Origin: Candidatus Nomurabacteria bacterium
Lineage (GTDB): Bacteria > Patescibacteriota > Minisyncoccia > Phycocordibacterales > UBA10002
Direction of reading: 5' to 3'
Length of the DNA stretch: 63,210 nucleotides
Assembly: GCA_943354745.1 (NCBI GenBank)
Contig: CALRDB010000003.1
Location: 1 to 63,210, forward strand
Part shown: positions 1 to 9,130 of the stretch, piece by piece
Position numbering within the stretch: the first letter of the stretch is position 1
Layout: each line of letters opens with the position of its first letter
Program-made: the position numbers and the translations under genes
Notes under the pieces: generated by a model
Told to the model about the DNA's origin: nothing
Seen by the model: only the letters and a program-made list of their open reading frames with translations
The model's database searches: none

Positions 1-42
1 GCACAAAACGCCAATGAGAATTTTAGTGCTCAACTCTCTCAC
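1..42 (-). CDS. 5' end of a partial CDS running off the window (MRELSTKILIGVLC...), possible N-terminal membrane anchor
   Basis: Manual translation: GTG at 42 (or TTG at 33) stays open to the window edge. The hydrophobic start resembles that of the neighbouring 343..1299 protein. Confidence 0.35.
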   Translation of the reverse strand, partial: MRELSTKILIGVLC

Positions 43-186
43 ATCCACAGTATTATATCAGAGGGCTGGGGATAAGAGGTGGAAAAACAGTGGATAAGTG
101 CCAAAAAGTAAGGAGCAAAGCAACTATACTTTTTGAGCATCCCCGCGTAGACGGGGATCCAGTCTCTCTGCTCTCTTTTTTTGTCT

Positions 187-308
187 GTCATTCCCTTGAA
201 AAAGGGAATCCAGTCTTTTCTTTTCTCTAGATTCCCGCTTTAGTCTACGATTACTCTGTTGCTACTCCGCCGCGAGAGCACGCACTCGTACTTGATACGG
301 AGGATGAC
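187..308. repeat. REP/RPE-like palindromic element (GTCATTCCC...GGAATCCAG...GGATGAC family) with nested AGTCTACGA insert
   Basis: gtcattcccttgaaaaagggaatccag...ggatgac. Same termini at 3510, 30608, 35882, 54792 and 61792. Confidence 0.75.
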
Positions 309-342
309 AGAGATGGAGAGTTTCGTAACTCAAAACCATCGG

Positions 343-1299
343 TTACTTCATGAGTATATATCCTGGTTCCTCTTCCCCAAACGTTACTCTTCCCTCCTTC
401 AAAAAGGAGGCTAAGAGTATAAAAGCGTCGGTTAGGTTGTTAACGGCCGGCGGATAGGCAGAGGCCGCCGAAAGCGCGTGTATCGAATCGGTTAGCGCCC
501 TTGACATTCCCTCGACGCTACCACGGAGTTCCTCAAGAGCGTTTAAGAGTTTTAGGTGGATAGGTACTAAACTTTTAGGGCTAGGTGTGGCCTTAAAACC
601 TGTGATCATGCTTGCATAGCGTTTCACCCTATCTTCCAAGCTGGCAAGGTCCTTTTCGTCTTCATTTTCTAGAGCACGCTCAAAAATAACAATTTCGCTC
701 TCACTACCGTCGTTGTGTGCTTCCACAACCGTAGCTAAAGCGTTCCCGTAGGCATGGAGAGATGCGACGTCGTCACTCTTTGCTAGTATAATATCGCTCT
801 CGGTATAGCTTTTAGCCGGTTTCACCTCCGGATATCGCCCCACAAAATCTTCAAGAAGTGCCCGCTCATCTTCTGCGGTAAAAGGTGCCCCCGAATTCTT
901 TATCCTGAGGTATTTGGCAAACAACTCTCGCGAAAAACGGTCCGTCTCGGTCCAATCTTTATCTCCTGTGACAGTTTTCGTCTCAATGGTCTCCGCATCG
1001 AGCTCGTCCTCTGGACTAGCTTTCGCTGGGTTTCTCCCAAGTTTAATTTCCGCGCCGTCGGCAGTGCCGTCTCCATCGGTGTCGGGATTTTTCTGGTCCG
1101 TATGCCACAGATCCTCTTCCCAGTCCTTTAGGCCGTCATCATCTTGGTCACGCTCAAGCACTTCGACTGCTTTTGCCGCTTGTTTTTGGGTTACCCGAGC
1201 GAATTTGACTTCGGAGCTGCCGGTATTCAAAAACCAGAAACCACCGCCAATGAGAGCGACGGTTAGGGTGCCGATGATAACTTTGGTTGGCGTGGTCAT
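343..1299 (-). CDS. Membrane-anchored protein with bacterial TSP3-like Ca-binding repeats
   Basis: N-terminal TM helix; DQDDDGLKDWEE...DTDGDGTADGAEIKLGRNP motif; paralog of 1794..2711. Confidence 0.75.
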   Translation of the reverse strand: MTTPTKVIIGTLTVALIGGGFWFLNTGSSEVKFARVTQKQAAKAVEVLERDQDDDGLKDWEEDLWHTDQKNPDTDGDGTADGAEIKLGRNPAKASPEDELDAETIETKTVTGDKDWTETDRFSRELFAKYLRIKNSGAPFTAEDERALLEDFVGRYPEVKPAKSYTESDIILAKSDDVASLHAYGNALATVVEAHNDGSESEIVIFERALENEDEKDLASLEDRVKRYASMITGFKATPSPKSLVPIHLKLLNALEELRGSVEGMSRALTDSIHALSAASAYPPAVNNLTDAFILLASFLKEGRVTFGEEEPGYILMK

Positions 1300-1306
1300 A
1301 AGGTTT

Positions 1307-1717
1307 TTATTTAATCCCCCTTAATAAAGGGGGTGCTCCGATTCTTATCGGAGTGGGGGTTGTTTCTTTTTTTATCCATTCTTTAATCTCTCGCAAAACG
1401 CTATCCAGATTGCTTCGTACTTCTCCTTCCGAAAACCGGAGAAAAGTGATTCCACGTTGTTCTAATTCTTGTTGTCGCCTTTCGTCCTTCTCTGTTTTTG
1501 AATCATGGGTTACCCCGTCTATTTCTATAGCAAGATGGAGAGGAGAGCAATAGAAATCGACGATGTGTGAAAGAATAGGCTTTTGTCGCGTAAATGTATA
1601 ACCCATTTTCCTACCCTTTATTTCTTTCCAGAGCAGGACTTCACCAAGAGTTCCGCTTTTTCTTAATTCCCGCGACATTTTCTTCAAATGTTGGTTGTAG
1701 TAGATTTTCGTAAACAA
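1307..1717 (-). CDS. DUF559 family (Vsr-like) endonuclease
   Basis: LRKSGTLGEVLLW, FTRQKPI..IVDFYC..LAIEIDG..H, LRFSE motifs. Confidence 0.85.
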   Translation of the reverse strand: MFTKIYYNQHLKKMSRELRKSGTLGEVLLWKEIKGRKMGYTFTRQKPILSHIVDFYCSPLHLAIEIDGVTHDSKTEKDERRQQELEQRGITFLRFSEGEVRSNLDSVLREIKEWIKKETTPTPIRIGAPPLLRGIK

Positions 1718-1763
1718 CCCTCCCTGCCGAAGACGGCAGTACTCCCTTTTTTAAGGGAGATAG
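1718..1763. repeat. CCCTCCC-GCCGAAGACGGC-CTCCC/GGGAG hairpin repeat family
   Basis: gccgaagacggc palindrome plus ctcccttt..aagggag hairpin, also at about 48595-48660 and 50360-50410. Confidence 0.65.
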
Positions 1764-1793
1764 ACCGCCTCCGCAGATCATTATACCACTCTC

Positions 1794-2711
1794 CTACCTC
1801 GGGAATACAAAGATACTCCCTGGTTCAGTTGGCGAAAAGTGTATACCCTTTCGGTAAAAGAGGTCGGAGACGTCTACAAACGCGTGGCCAAGGGCAATGG
1901 TAGCGTTACTATAGGCCGTTACACCGATTTCGGACATGTAAGAATCTATTTCCGTTTCGGAAATTGTTTGGATCGCTTTCGCGTAATTCTGGTATGTGGT
2001 GACTAGTTTTTTATGTGTATCCGTGCCCTTCGGGGGTGATGCTACTGAGGCGATATCTGAGGCAAGGTGGCTGTATTTTTGAGCAAGTGTAACAAACTCT
2101 TGAATAAGTTTAGTATTCATTTTGGTATTTCCTGCCGCGCTGTTCCAAAAAGCGAGTTCGGCCGTTGAGTCCGACATCGCCGTTTGTATAAGTGCCCCCA
2201 ACGTATTTCCAAAGGTGTGTAAGGCATCTTTTTCAGGGTTATCCTCGATTTTCACTGGGTTTTCAGGAAGTTTCTGAATTTCAAGAGACGGAAGTGCTAT
2301 TTTTTCCGTGATTTCCTTTATAGATGAGCTTGTTTTTGTCGGTAAAGGTATGTCTTCCTTTGGTAATGTTGCCACGGGACCCTCGAGAGAGTCATGAGGA
2401 CCCGCCTTTTTCGGATTTCGGTGTGCCGCTACCTCTGCGCCGTCGGTAGCTCCGTCCCCGTCGGTGTCCGCAAGCTTTCTATTAGTTCCCCAAAGAGCTT
2501 CTTCCCAATCCGGTAACCCATCTCTATCGGCATCAAAGGTTTCTGTTTCTCCCGTGCCCGTTTCTTGAGCCATTTGCTTCTCTTTCGGAGCGCTGGCTAC
2601 AGGTACAGCACGTTTGTCTTCTGAGAGTAGCCATACGCCACATGTAATAAGCAGGACCGCTCCCCCTGCGAAAAGTAGTTCACGTATAAGTGTGCCAAAG
2701 GTTTTTTTCAT
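1794..2711 (-). CDS. Membrane-anchored protein with bacterial TSP3-like repeats
   Basis: N-terminal TM; DADRDGLPDWEE...DTDGDGATDGAE...NP; C-terminus (F..TEPG.IF) matches paralog 343..1299. Confidence 0.75.
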   Translation of the reverse strand: MKKTFGTLIRELLFAGGAVLLITCGVWLLSEDKRAVPVASAPKEKQMAQETGTGETETFDADRDGLPDWEEALWGTNRKLADTDGDGATDGAEVAAHRNPKKAGPHDSLEGPVATLPKEDIPLPTKTSSSIKEITEKIALPSLEIQKLPENPVKIEDNPEKDALHTFGNTLGALIQTAMSDSTAELAFWNSAAGNTKMNTKLIQEFVTLAQKYSHLASDIASVASPPKGTDTHKKLVTTYQNYAKAIQTISETEIDSYMSEIGVTAYSNATIALGHAFVDVSDLFYRKGIHFSPTEPGSIFVFPR

Positions 2712-2816
2712 GAGGATGTGTCAGATTAGTGTGGGCCTCGCGCATTAATTACCGCTTTGTTTCTTTTGCGCACTCGCTATGACTCGTTCTTTGTCGTCAT
2801 GGTATCATTGTAATAC

Positions 2817-3290
2817 ATGTTGATATCTTTCAAAAAGAAACTGATGCTAGTTTTTGTGTTTCTTGGACTCTTGTTTCCTTTTTCAACCTACGCAATTTTC
2901 GACTTCGGTGGAAGGGTCACCAATGTACCAGGGGCACCCGGTGGTATTATGAGTGCGGGCGCGCTCCCAACGTTTCCTCCTCCCGGAGTGTACAGCTTCT
3001 GGTACCCCGTCGGACCAGGCTGTCTCAATGGTGTTCAAGAAGTTAATCAAATACAAGCTCTCGGTGTACCTCAGCCACCTATCCTTCTTCAAACCATAGG
3101 GCTGTATACTTTTTCAAAAGGCCCCGCCACTCATCCTGGGCAGCAAATTTTAGGAAAGTATTTTCCCGCCATGGTTTGTATGGCGAATTTCGTCTCTTGG
3201 TATTATTGCGGTTTCTCACTGTGTCCACTAGTGACACCTCTTCCTTATTATTTCGCTCCGCTCATCATCTTTAACGGGTCCAGTATCTAG
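2817..3290 (+). CDS. Hypothetical exported protein (Pro/Gly/Cys-rich)
   Basis: Signal-peptide-like N-terminus (TYA/IFDFGGRV); fills the gap between divergent and convergent genes. Confidence 0.6.
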   Translation: MLISFKKKLMLVFVFLGLLFPFSTYAIFDFGGRVTNVPGAPGGIMSAGALPTFPPPGVYSFWYPVGPGCLNGVQEVNQIQALGVPQPPILLQTIGLYTFSKGPATHPGQQILGKYFPAMVCMANFVSWYYCGFSLCPLVTPLPYYFAPLIIFNGSSI

Positions 3291-3329
3291 ATGAACATAC
3301 GAAAATACGAATTGGAGACCTGCGAATTG

Positions 3330-4256
3330 CTACGAATTAAGAAGAGCTGAAAGACGTTTCCAGTCTTCAACCGAGAGATTTTCCGGTCTTGCTTTTTCTG
3401 CAATACCGCATGCGGTAAGTTTCAGAGGGTCAATATCCAAGTTTGAGGCAAGGAGTTTTCTGGGATGGGCGAACCCTTTTTTTAGGAGTGCGAAAAACCT
3501 TTTTTCGGTGTCATTCCCCTGAAAAGGGGAATCCAGATTCCCTTTTGTTATTCCTGGATCCCCGCATTCGCGAGAATGACCAGAGATTGCGCCAAAAGAT
3601 TTCTTTGAAATGTTCTCGATGGCGATTATCGCGGAATCTACATTTGGCGGAGGGGAAAAAGCTCCTGCCTTCACGGTGTCGATATATTTTGGCGTGCCGT
3701 AGATTTTTACGCTTATTGAAAGAATGCTTTCCTTCTTATCCTGCGCCACTATCCGTTTCGCCACTTCCTTTTGGAGTAAAAGAACCATCATAGTTGGCTG
3801 TGTATCTGACTCCAGAAACTTCCTTAAAAGAGCTCCCGTAATGTAATACGGAATGTTTGCAACGAGCTTATATGAGCACTTCGTCTCATATAATTCCTTC
3901 GCTCCGTCGAAATGAACAGAAGACTGCTCGCTTCTTCCTCGCTCGGAATTATAGCTTATAGCTTTTAGCTTATAGGAAGAGAAATCAAGATCGAGAATAT
4001 CGGCGTGCACGAGCTGGAATTTCCCCGACGCGATTTCGCTCGCGAACTGTATTTGAAGTATCGGAATGAGACGGTCATCTTTCTCCACGGCGATAACCCT
4101 CCCTGCTCTCTCGAGCAGAAGTTTCGTAAGTACTCCCTCCCCCGGTCCTACTTCGAGCACCGTATCTTCAAGTGAAAGATGTCCCGCTTCCACAATTTTA
4201 TGAAGCGCGCTTTCCGAACGGAGAAAATGTTGACCGAGTGATTTCTTTTTAAGCAT
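3330..4256 (-). CDS. rsmA: 16S rRNA m6,2A dimethyltransferase KsgA/RsmA, with two in-frame repeat-derived insertions
   Basis: KKSLGQHFL, VLEVGPGEG, VANIPYYIT, QKEVA.R, AFSPPPNVDSA motifs. Confidence 0.96.
   Translation of the reverse strand: MLKKKSLGQHFLRSESALHKIVEAGHLSLEDTVLEVGPGEGVLTKLLLERAGRVIAVEKDDRLIPILQIQFASEIASGKFQLVHADILDLDFSSYKLKAISYNSERGRSEQSSVHFDGAKELYETKCSYKLVANIPYYITGALLRKFLESDTQPTMMVLLLQKEVAKRIVAQDKKESILSISVKIYGTPKYIDTVKAGAFSPPPNVDSAIIAIENISKKSFGAISGHSRECGDPGITKGNLDSPFQGNDTEKRFFALLKKGFAHPRKLLASNLDIDPLKLTACGIAEKARPENLSVEDWKRLSALLNS
3510..3580. repeat. GTCATTCCC-family palindromic element inserted in frame in rsmA
   Basis: gtcattcccctgaaaaggggaatccag...ctggatccccgcattcgcgagaatgac; encodes the SGHSRECGDPGITKGNLDSPFQGND peptide. 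Confidence 0.8.
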
Positions 4257-4366
4257 GATACGAATGCTACAAATTAACGCACGAATGTTTCGAATATGCG
4301 AATAAAGAAGTCTGAGATTCGTGGATTTGTAGCATTCGCATGATAATTCGTTGCATTCGTGTTGTC

Positions 4367-6310
4367 TTAGTCAAAGAAGATGGTCTTCCCGCCTCCTTCG
4401 AGATAGTTCTCAGCCTGCAGGAATTCCTCATCAATGTCAAAGATGAATTCTGAAGGGACCGTTACCTGTCGTGAGCCGAAAATGGTTCGTACTCCGGCAT
4501 AGGTAAGGAACACTCGCTTCTTCGCCCTTGTTAATGCTACATAGAAAAGCCGGCGTTCTTCCTCTTTGGCACTTTCATCCTTAGTCTCGTTCATACGTTC
4601 GTGTGGGAACAGCCCTTCTTCAAGCCCTGCGATAAAGACATACTCAAACTCCAGTCCCTTTGAAGCGTGTACGGTCATAAGACGCACCGCGGGTTTTTCA
4701 TCTTTGAGCTCATCCTGATCACTTTGGAGTGCTATATCTGCAAGAAATTTATCAACACCTACTTCCCGAGCAACTTCGTGGTCGTAGCGCATCGCAAATG
4801 TGACGAGCTCTCTGATGTTTTCCAAACGCTCCTCATCTTCGCTTCCCCCTTTCTTGAGTTCTCCTTCGAGACCGCTTGCGGTGACAATCCACTTAATTGC
4901 AGATGAAAGGGGTTCAGTACGAAGTTTTTCTTGCAGTTCGGTGAGCAGTTTTCTAAACGAACCTATTTTCACCCGCATAGTGGCCGGGAGTTCTTCCTCT
5001 TTCCCCGCAAAGATTTTGAGGAGCGTTACTTTTCCAATACCACGGGGAGGAACATTGATAATACGGCGTAGATCAGCAAGACTCTCGGGATTTTCAGCCG
5101 CGCGGACATAGGAGAGAATATCTTTTATTTCCCTTCTTTCAAAAAATCTGACGCCAAGCACCTGATAGGAAACCTCTTCGCGGAGGAATGCCTCTTCGAG
5201 CGCTCGGCTTTGGAAATTCGCTCTAAACAGCACCGCGATTTCCGAGGGTGACACACCCTCAGTGATGAGTTGTTTCGATCTCTGTGCGATAAAGGAGGCT
5301 TCCTGCACTTCATCGTATGCGGTAAAGAGCCCCACTTTTTCCCCGTTGTTGTTTTTGGTAAACAACGTTTTGGGAGGACGCATCTTGTTTTTCTCGATAA
5401 TGCGGTTTGCTACCGTGAGAATGGTTTGCGTTGAACGGTAGTTCTCCTCAAGAAAAACAATCTTAGCGTTTTGGTAGTCCTTTTCAAAACCGAGAATATT
5501 TTTGATACTAGCGCCCCTCCATGAATAAATATTTTGGTCTGCATCACCCACAACAGCAATGTTTTTGTGTGACTCTGCCAATAATTTTGCGATCATATAC
5601 TGAACGTGGTTCGTATCCTGGTATTCATCAATATGGACGTAATTCCAAAGCTTTTGGTAGTGTTCCCGCACACCTTCGTCGTTTTTTAAGAGTAATGCGG
5701 TTTTAAGGAGGAGGTCATCAAAATCAAGTGCCTTTTCTTTCTTTAGAACAGCTTCATATTTTTCCCATATATCCGCGACGATGGCAGGCATGTAATCGCC
5801 ATTGGCGCGCTCCTTGAACATTTCCAGTGTTACCATCTTCCCTTTCTCTCGACTGATAGCCCCGAGAATTTTTCCCGGCTCAAAATTCTTCGGGTCAAGA
5901 TTGGTTTCTCTGACGGCTTCTTTAACCGCTTGGACTGCATCACTCTTATCAAAAATAGTGAATCTCTTAGAAAGTCCTAGTCGCTGACTGTTCTCTCGGA
6001 GGATATACACACCAAGCGCATGGAAAGTCCCGAGCCAGGGGAAGGTCGGAAGGGCTGGGTGGTCTGGCGAAAGTGAAGGGTCCGTTGTAATAAGAGCGTG
6101 TACACGCTCGCGCATCTCTTTCGCGGCTTTATTGGTGAAGGTTATAGCGAGAATTGAATGAGGAGCAACTCCCTTCTTAATGAGGTGGAGAATTCTGTGG
6201 GTGATCACACGAGTTTTTCCGGCACCAGCTCCCGCGACGATAAGGAGAGGTCCTTCGGTGTGAAGAACCGCTTCTTTTTGTCGGTCGTTTAGTCCTTCGA
6301 GGTACTGCAT
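4367..6310 (-). CDS. pcrA: ATP-dependent DNA helicase PcrA/UvrD (start reassigned to MQYLEGLN at 6310)
   Basis: AGAGAGKT Walker A, AITFTNKAA, IDEYQDTN, LMTVHASKGLEF, EERRLFYVALTRAK. Confidence 0.95.
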   Translation of the reverse strand: MQYLEGLNDRQKEAVLHTEGPLLIVAGAGAGKTRVITHRILHLIKKGVAPHSILAITFTNKAAKEMRERVHALITTDPSLSPDHPALPTFPWLGTFHALGVYILRENSQRLGLSKRFTIFDKSDAVQAVKEAVRETNLDPKNFEPGKILGAISREKGKMVTLEMFKERANGDYMPAIVADIWEKYEAVLKKEKALDFDDLLLKTALLLKNDEGVREHYQKLWNYVHIDEYQDTNHVQYMIAKLLAESHKNIAVVGDADQNIYSWRGASIKNILGFEKDYQNAKIVFLEENYRSTQTILTVANRIIEKNKMRPPKTLFTKNNNGEKVGLFTAYDEVQEASFIAQRSKQLITEGVSPSEIAVLFRANFQSRALEEAFLREEVSYQVLGVRFFERREIKDILSYVRAAENPESLADLRRIINVPPRGIGKVTLLKIFAGKEEELPATMRVKIGSFRKLLTELQEKLRTEPLSSAIKWIVTASGLEGELKKGGSEDEERLENIRELVTFAMRYDHEVAREVGVDKFLADIALQSDQDELKDEKPAVRLMTVHASKGLEFEYVFIAGLEEGLFPHERMNETKDESAKEEERRLFYVALTRAKKRVFLTYAGVRTIFGSRQVTVPSEFIFDIDEEFLQAENYLEGGGKTIFFD

Positions 6311-6463
6311 TGCGTGAGTACTATAACATGCAGTGGTAACTGGAACACGTAACAGTAACAAGTAACTGGAACAAAAGAGAAACAATGGTTCTTCTGTTTT
6401 AAGTTCCAGTCACCTGTCCTAGTTCCCGTTATTTTTCGTTATCCACAGGCTACTCTTTTTTGA

Positions 6464-6492
6464 TTGACTTTACGCTTTTAAACCGCTATAGT
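6464..6492 (+). promoter_or_regulatory. Sigma70-type promoter for the LysM/M23 gene
   Basis: TTGACT-17 bp-TATAGT. Confidence 0.65.
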
Positions 6493-6662
6493 AGAAGTGT
6501 CCTGGAAGGATGGATGATTGAAAAGAATGGCCTAAGTAGGCCGTTTTTAACGGGAGGAACCACAGACACGATAACCGAGAGCAGAGCTTTTAAAGTAACC
6601 TGATTAGTGCACATGTCATTATCACAAGAACCCATGTAATTCCTCGTAGGGTTTCTGTCATC

Positions 6663-7793
6663 TTGATAGCACGTCAGTTTCTCAAAAGTTCTCCTTCCGG
6701 CCTTTCTTTTATAGTAAAATTACCTAACAACCATAGTTACAGAACACCTCTTTTCCGGTGCACGGTTGCCAAAACGGCTAACTATATAGGCTATGCCGTT
6801 GCATGGCTCTTTGTCCTATCCCTCCTTCTGACACCTTCCTCGGTCAATGCCGGCGTCGTTTCCTTCGTGTTTGGGTTGTTTGCCGAACAAGTTGAGGCTG
6901 AAGTTACAACTTCTCCTCTTAATTCTCAAAATATCGGGCTTTTGTCTGCGGCAATTAATCCTAATCCAAACTTTGCAAAAGGAGGCGGCGATATTACCGT
7001 GGTAGGAGGAACGGCACTTCTCTCGGAAACCGGCCCTGAGGGGACCCTCGCCAATATTGAGGAAAATCAAAGCTCAACTATCAGTGTGTATGTAGTACGT
7101 GAAGGAGACACACTTGGTGATATTGCCAAAATGTTTGGCGTAACCACCAATACGATTGCCTGGGCTAACGAAATCACTCGTGGGGCTATCCGACCAGGCC
7201 AAACACTCATTATTCTTCCAATTTCAGGTGTGCGTCACCTGGTGGCGAAGAATGAGACGATTCAAAGCATTGCCAAGAAGTATAAAGCAGATGTGACCGA
7301 AATTGCGCAGTACAACCATCTTTCTGAGAATGCGAAACTTGCGATTGGTGATGTTGTCTTAGTCCCCGAGGGAGAAATAGCGCCCCCTCCTTCCGTTGGA
7401 GCAACAGGACGACCCGCGAAACTTCGTGGAAATAATGGGCCGGATCTTGAGGGATACTATCTTCGACCACTTATTGGTGGACGAAAGTCGCAAGGGCTCC
7501 ATGGGTATAACGGTATTGATTTGGCAAGTTACTTAGGTGCCCCCATTCTCGCCGCCGCTGCTGGAGAGGTGATTATCGCCAAAGGAGCTGGATGGAATGG
7601 AGGGTATGGTAACTATATTGTTATCGCACACCCAAACGGTACGCAAACATTATATGGTCACCTCTCTGCTCTTGCCGTTACCTCAGGAAAGTCAGTCACT
7701 CGTGGCGAGATTATCGGATACCTAGGAAACACGGGACGTTCAACAGGACCACATCTCCATTTCGAGGTTCGAGGAGCGAAGAATCCGTTTTAA
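6663..7793 (+). CDS. LysM + M23 family peptidoglycan endopeptidase (start uncertain)
   Basis: Two LysM domains (YVVREGDTLGDIAKMFGV; HLVAKNETIQSIAKKY); M23 motifs HGYNGIDLA, TLYGHL, STGPHLHFEVRG. Confidence 0.92.
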   Translation: MIARQFLKSSPSGLSFIVKLPNNHSYRTPLFRCTVAKTANYIGYAVAWLFVLSLLLTPSSVNAGVVSFVFGLFAEQVEAEVTTSPLNSQNIGLLSAAINPNPNFAKGGGDITVVGGTALLSETGPEGTLANIEENQSSTISVYVVREGDTLGDIAKMFGVTTNTIAWANEITRGAIRPGQTLIILPISGVRHLVAKNETIQSIAKKYKADVTEIAQYNHLSENAKLAIGDVVLVPEGEIAPPPSVGATGRPAKLRGNNGPDLEGYYLRPLIGGRKSQGLHGYNGIDLASYLGAPILAAAAGEVIIAKGAGWNGGYGNYIVIAHPNGTQTLYGHLSALAVTSGKSVTRGEIIGYLGNTGRSTGPHLHFEVRGAKNPF

Positions 7794-7823
7794 CTAATAA
7801 GTGGCTAGTAGAAAGTAGATAAG

Positions 7824-7851
7824 AAAAAACCGCCCTGTTGGGCGGTTTTTT
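7824..7851. terminator. Bidirectional intrinsic terminator
   Basis: aaaaaaccgccc-tgtt-gggcggtttttt. Confidence 0.85.
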
Positions 7852-7867
7852 GTTCATTTGACTAAGT

Positions 7868-7937
7868 TTACAACTAGATTACAACCGTTTCTAATAGGTT
7901 ACAACTGCTTGACAACCGATCTGCACCTGTTTACAAT
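7868..7937 (+). promoter_or_regulatory. Sigma70 promoter overlapped by phased TTACAAC repeats
   Basis: TTGACA(7909)-17 bp-TACAAT(7932); TTACAAC-like units at 7868, 7879, 7899, 7910 and 7931. Confidence 0.7.
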
Positions 7938-7949
7938 AGGTTTACTACT

Positions 7950-9017
7950 ATGTTATCAAATCAAGAAAGAGTTCTGGTTTTTGCCATCAAAAAGAAACAT
8001 CTGCGCACAGCCGATGTGGTTTCTCTCTTGAATGTCTCACGACAACGAGCCCATGCTTTATTGAGTAATCTTGTTAAGGAAGAAAAATTAGTAAAGCTCG
8101 GCTCTACCGCAAAAGCTTCATATGCTCTTCCAGAGTATGCGCAAACACATTTAGAGATATACCCCATACGGTTTCATAAAATCTATGCTAACTCGGAACT
8201 TGAAGAGGAAATTGTCTTGAGAGAAGTTGAGAGTCGATGGCCTTACATACGAACCTTGCGTGAAAATATCTCTTATATCTTTCGATATGGCTTCTTGGAA
8301 ATGCTTAACAATGCAATAGAGCATTCAGAATCGCGTTCTGTAGAAGTAGAGATAGTTCTCAAAGGTAGTATCCTCAATTTTGTGATAAACGACTCAGGCG
8401 TGGGGGTCTTTCGCAATATTATGAAGAAGAAACATCTTCTTTCAGAATTGGAAGCAATACAAGATGTAATGAAAGGTAAACTGACCACCGCTCCGGAAAA
8501 CCATTCGGGTCAAGGTATCTTCTTTACCTCGAAGATGGCCGATGTGTTTTATCTCGAGAGTTTTGAATATCAATTGATTATGAATAATCGTGTTGAGGAT
8601 GTCTTTTTGAAGAAGCCTAAGAAAACCAAACGAGGAACACGAGTAAGCTTTAGCATTGCTTTAGATTCACAGCGAAAGACTGAGGATGTGTTCAAGAAGT
8701 ACACTAACCTAGGAGAGCACAGCGATTACGGGTTTGATCGCACGGAAGTAAAAGTTAAACTTTACACCCGGGAGGGAAGCTACCTTTCGAGATCTCAGGC
8801 TCGACGAATCTTGGTTGGACTGGATAAATTTGAATCTATCATCTTTGACTTCAAGAAAGTAGAAACCGTTGGGCAGGCATTTGCCGATGAAATATTTCGA
8901 GTGTTCCACTCACGATATCCAGATATAAAGTTGATATCGACTAATATGAACGAGTCGGTTCAGTTCATGGTTAAACGTGTTGATTTAGGTGAACACGAAA
9001 CGAAACCTCTTTTTTAG
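7950..9017 (+). CDS. wHTH + GHKL (HATPase) + STAS-like DUF4325 domain protein
   Basis: N-terminal HTH (VVSLLNVSRQRAHALL); EMLNNAIEHS, NDSGVG and HSGQGIF boxes; C-terminal FDFKKVETVGQAFADEIF. Confidence 0.8.
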   Translation: MLSNQERVLVFAIKKKHLRTADVVSLLNVSRQRAHALLSNLVKEEKLVKLGSTAKASYALPEYAQTHLEIYPIRFHKIYANSELEEEIVLREVESRWPYIRTLRENISYIFRYGFLEMLNNAIEHSESRSVEVEIVLKGSILNFVINDSGVGVFRNIMKKKHLLSELEAIQDVMKGKLTTAPENHSGQGIFFTSKMADVFYLESFEYQLIMNNRVEDVFLKKPKKTKRGTRVSFSIALDSQRKTEDVFKKYTNLGEHSDYGFDRTEVKVKLYTREGSYLSRSQARRILVGLDKFESIIFDFKKVETVGQAFADEIFRVFHSRYPDIKLISTNMNESVQFMVKRVDLGEHETKPLF

Positions 9018-9130
9018 AGTAAATAGGTCTTCTTCCTGAGGTCTGGACAGTTACCACAAGATATATTGACGTACCTATATTTGTATGGTAGTGTCCTTGC
9101 AAACGAACAGTTCTTTTACTCCAACAAAAA

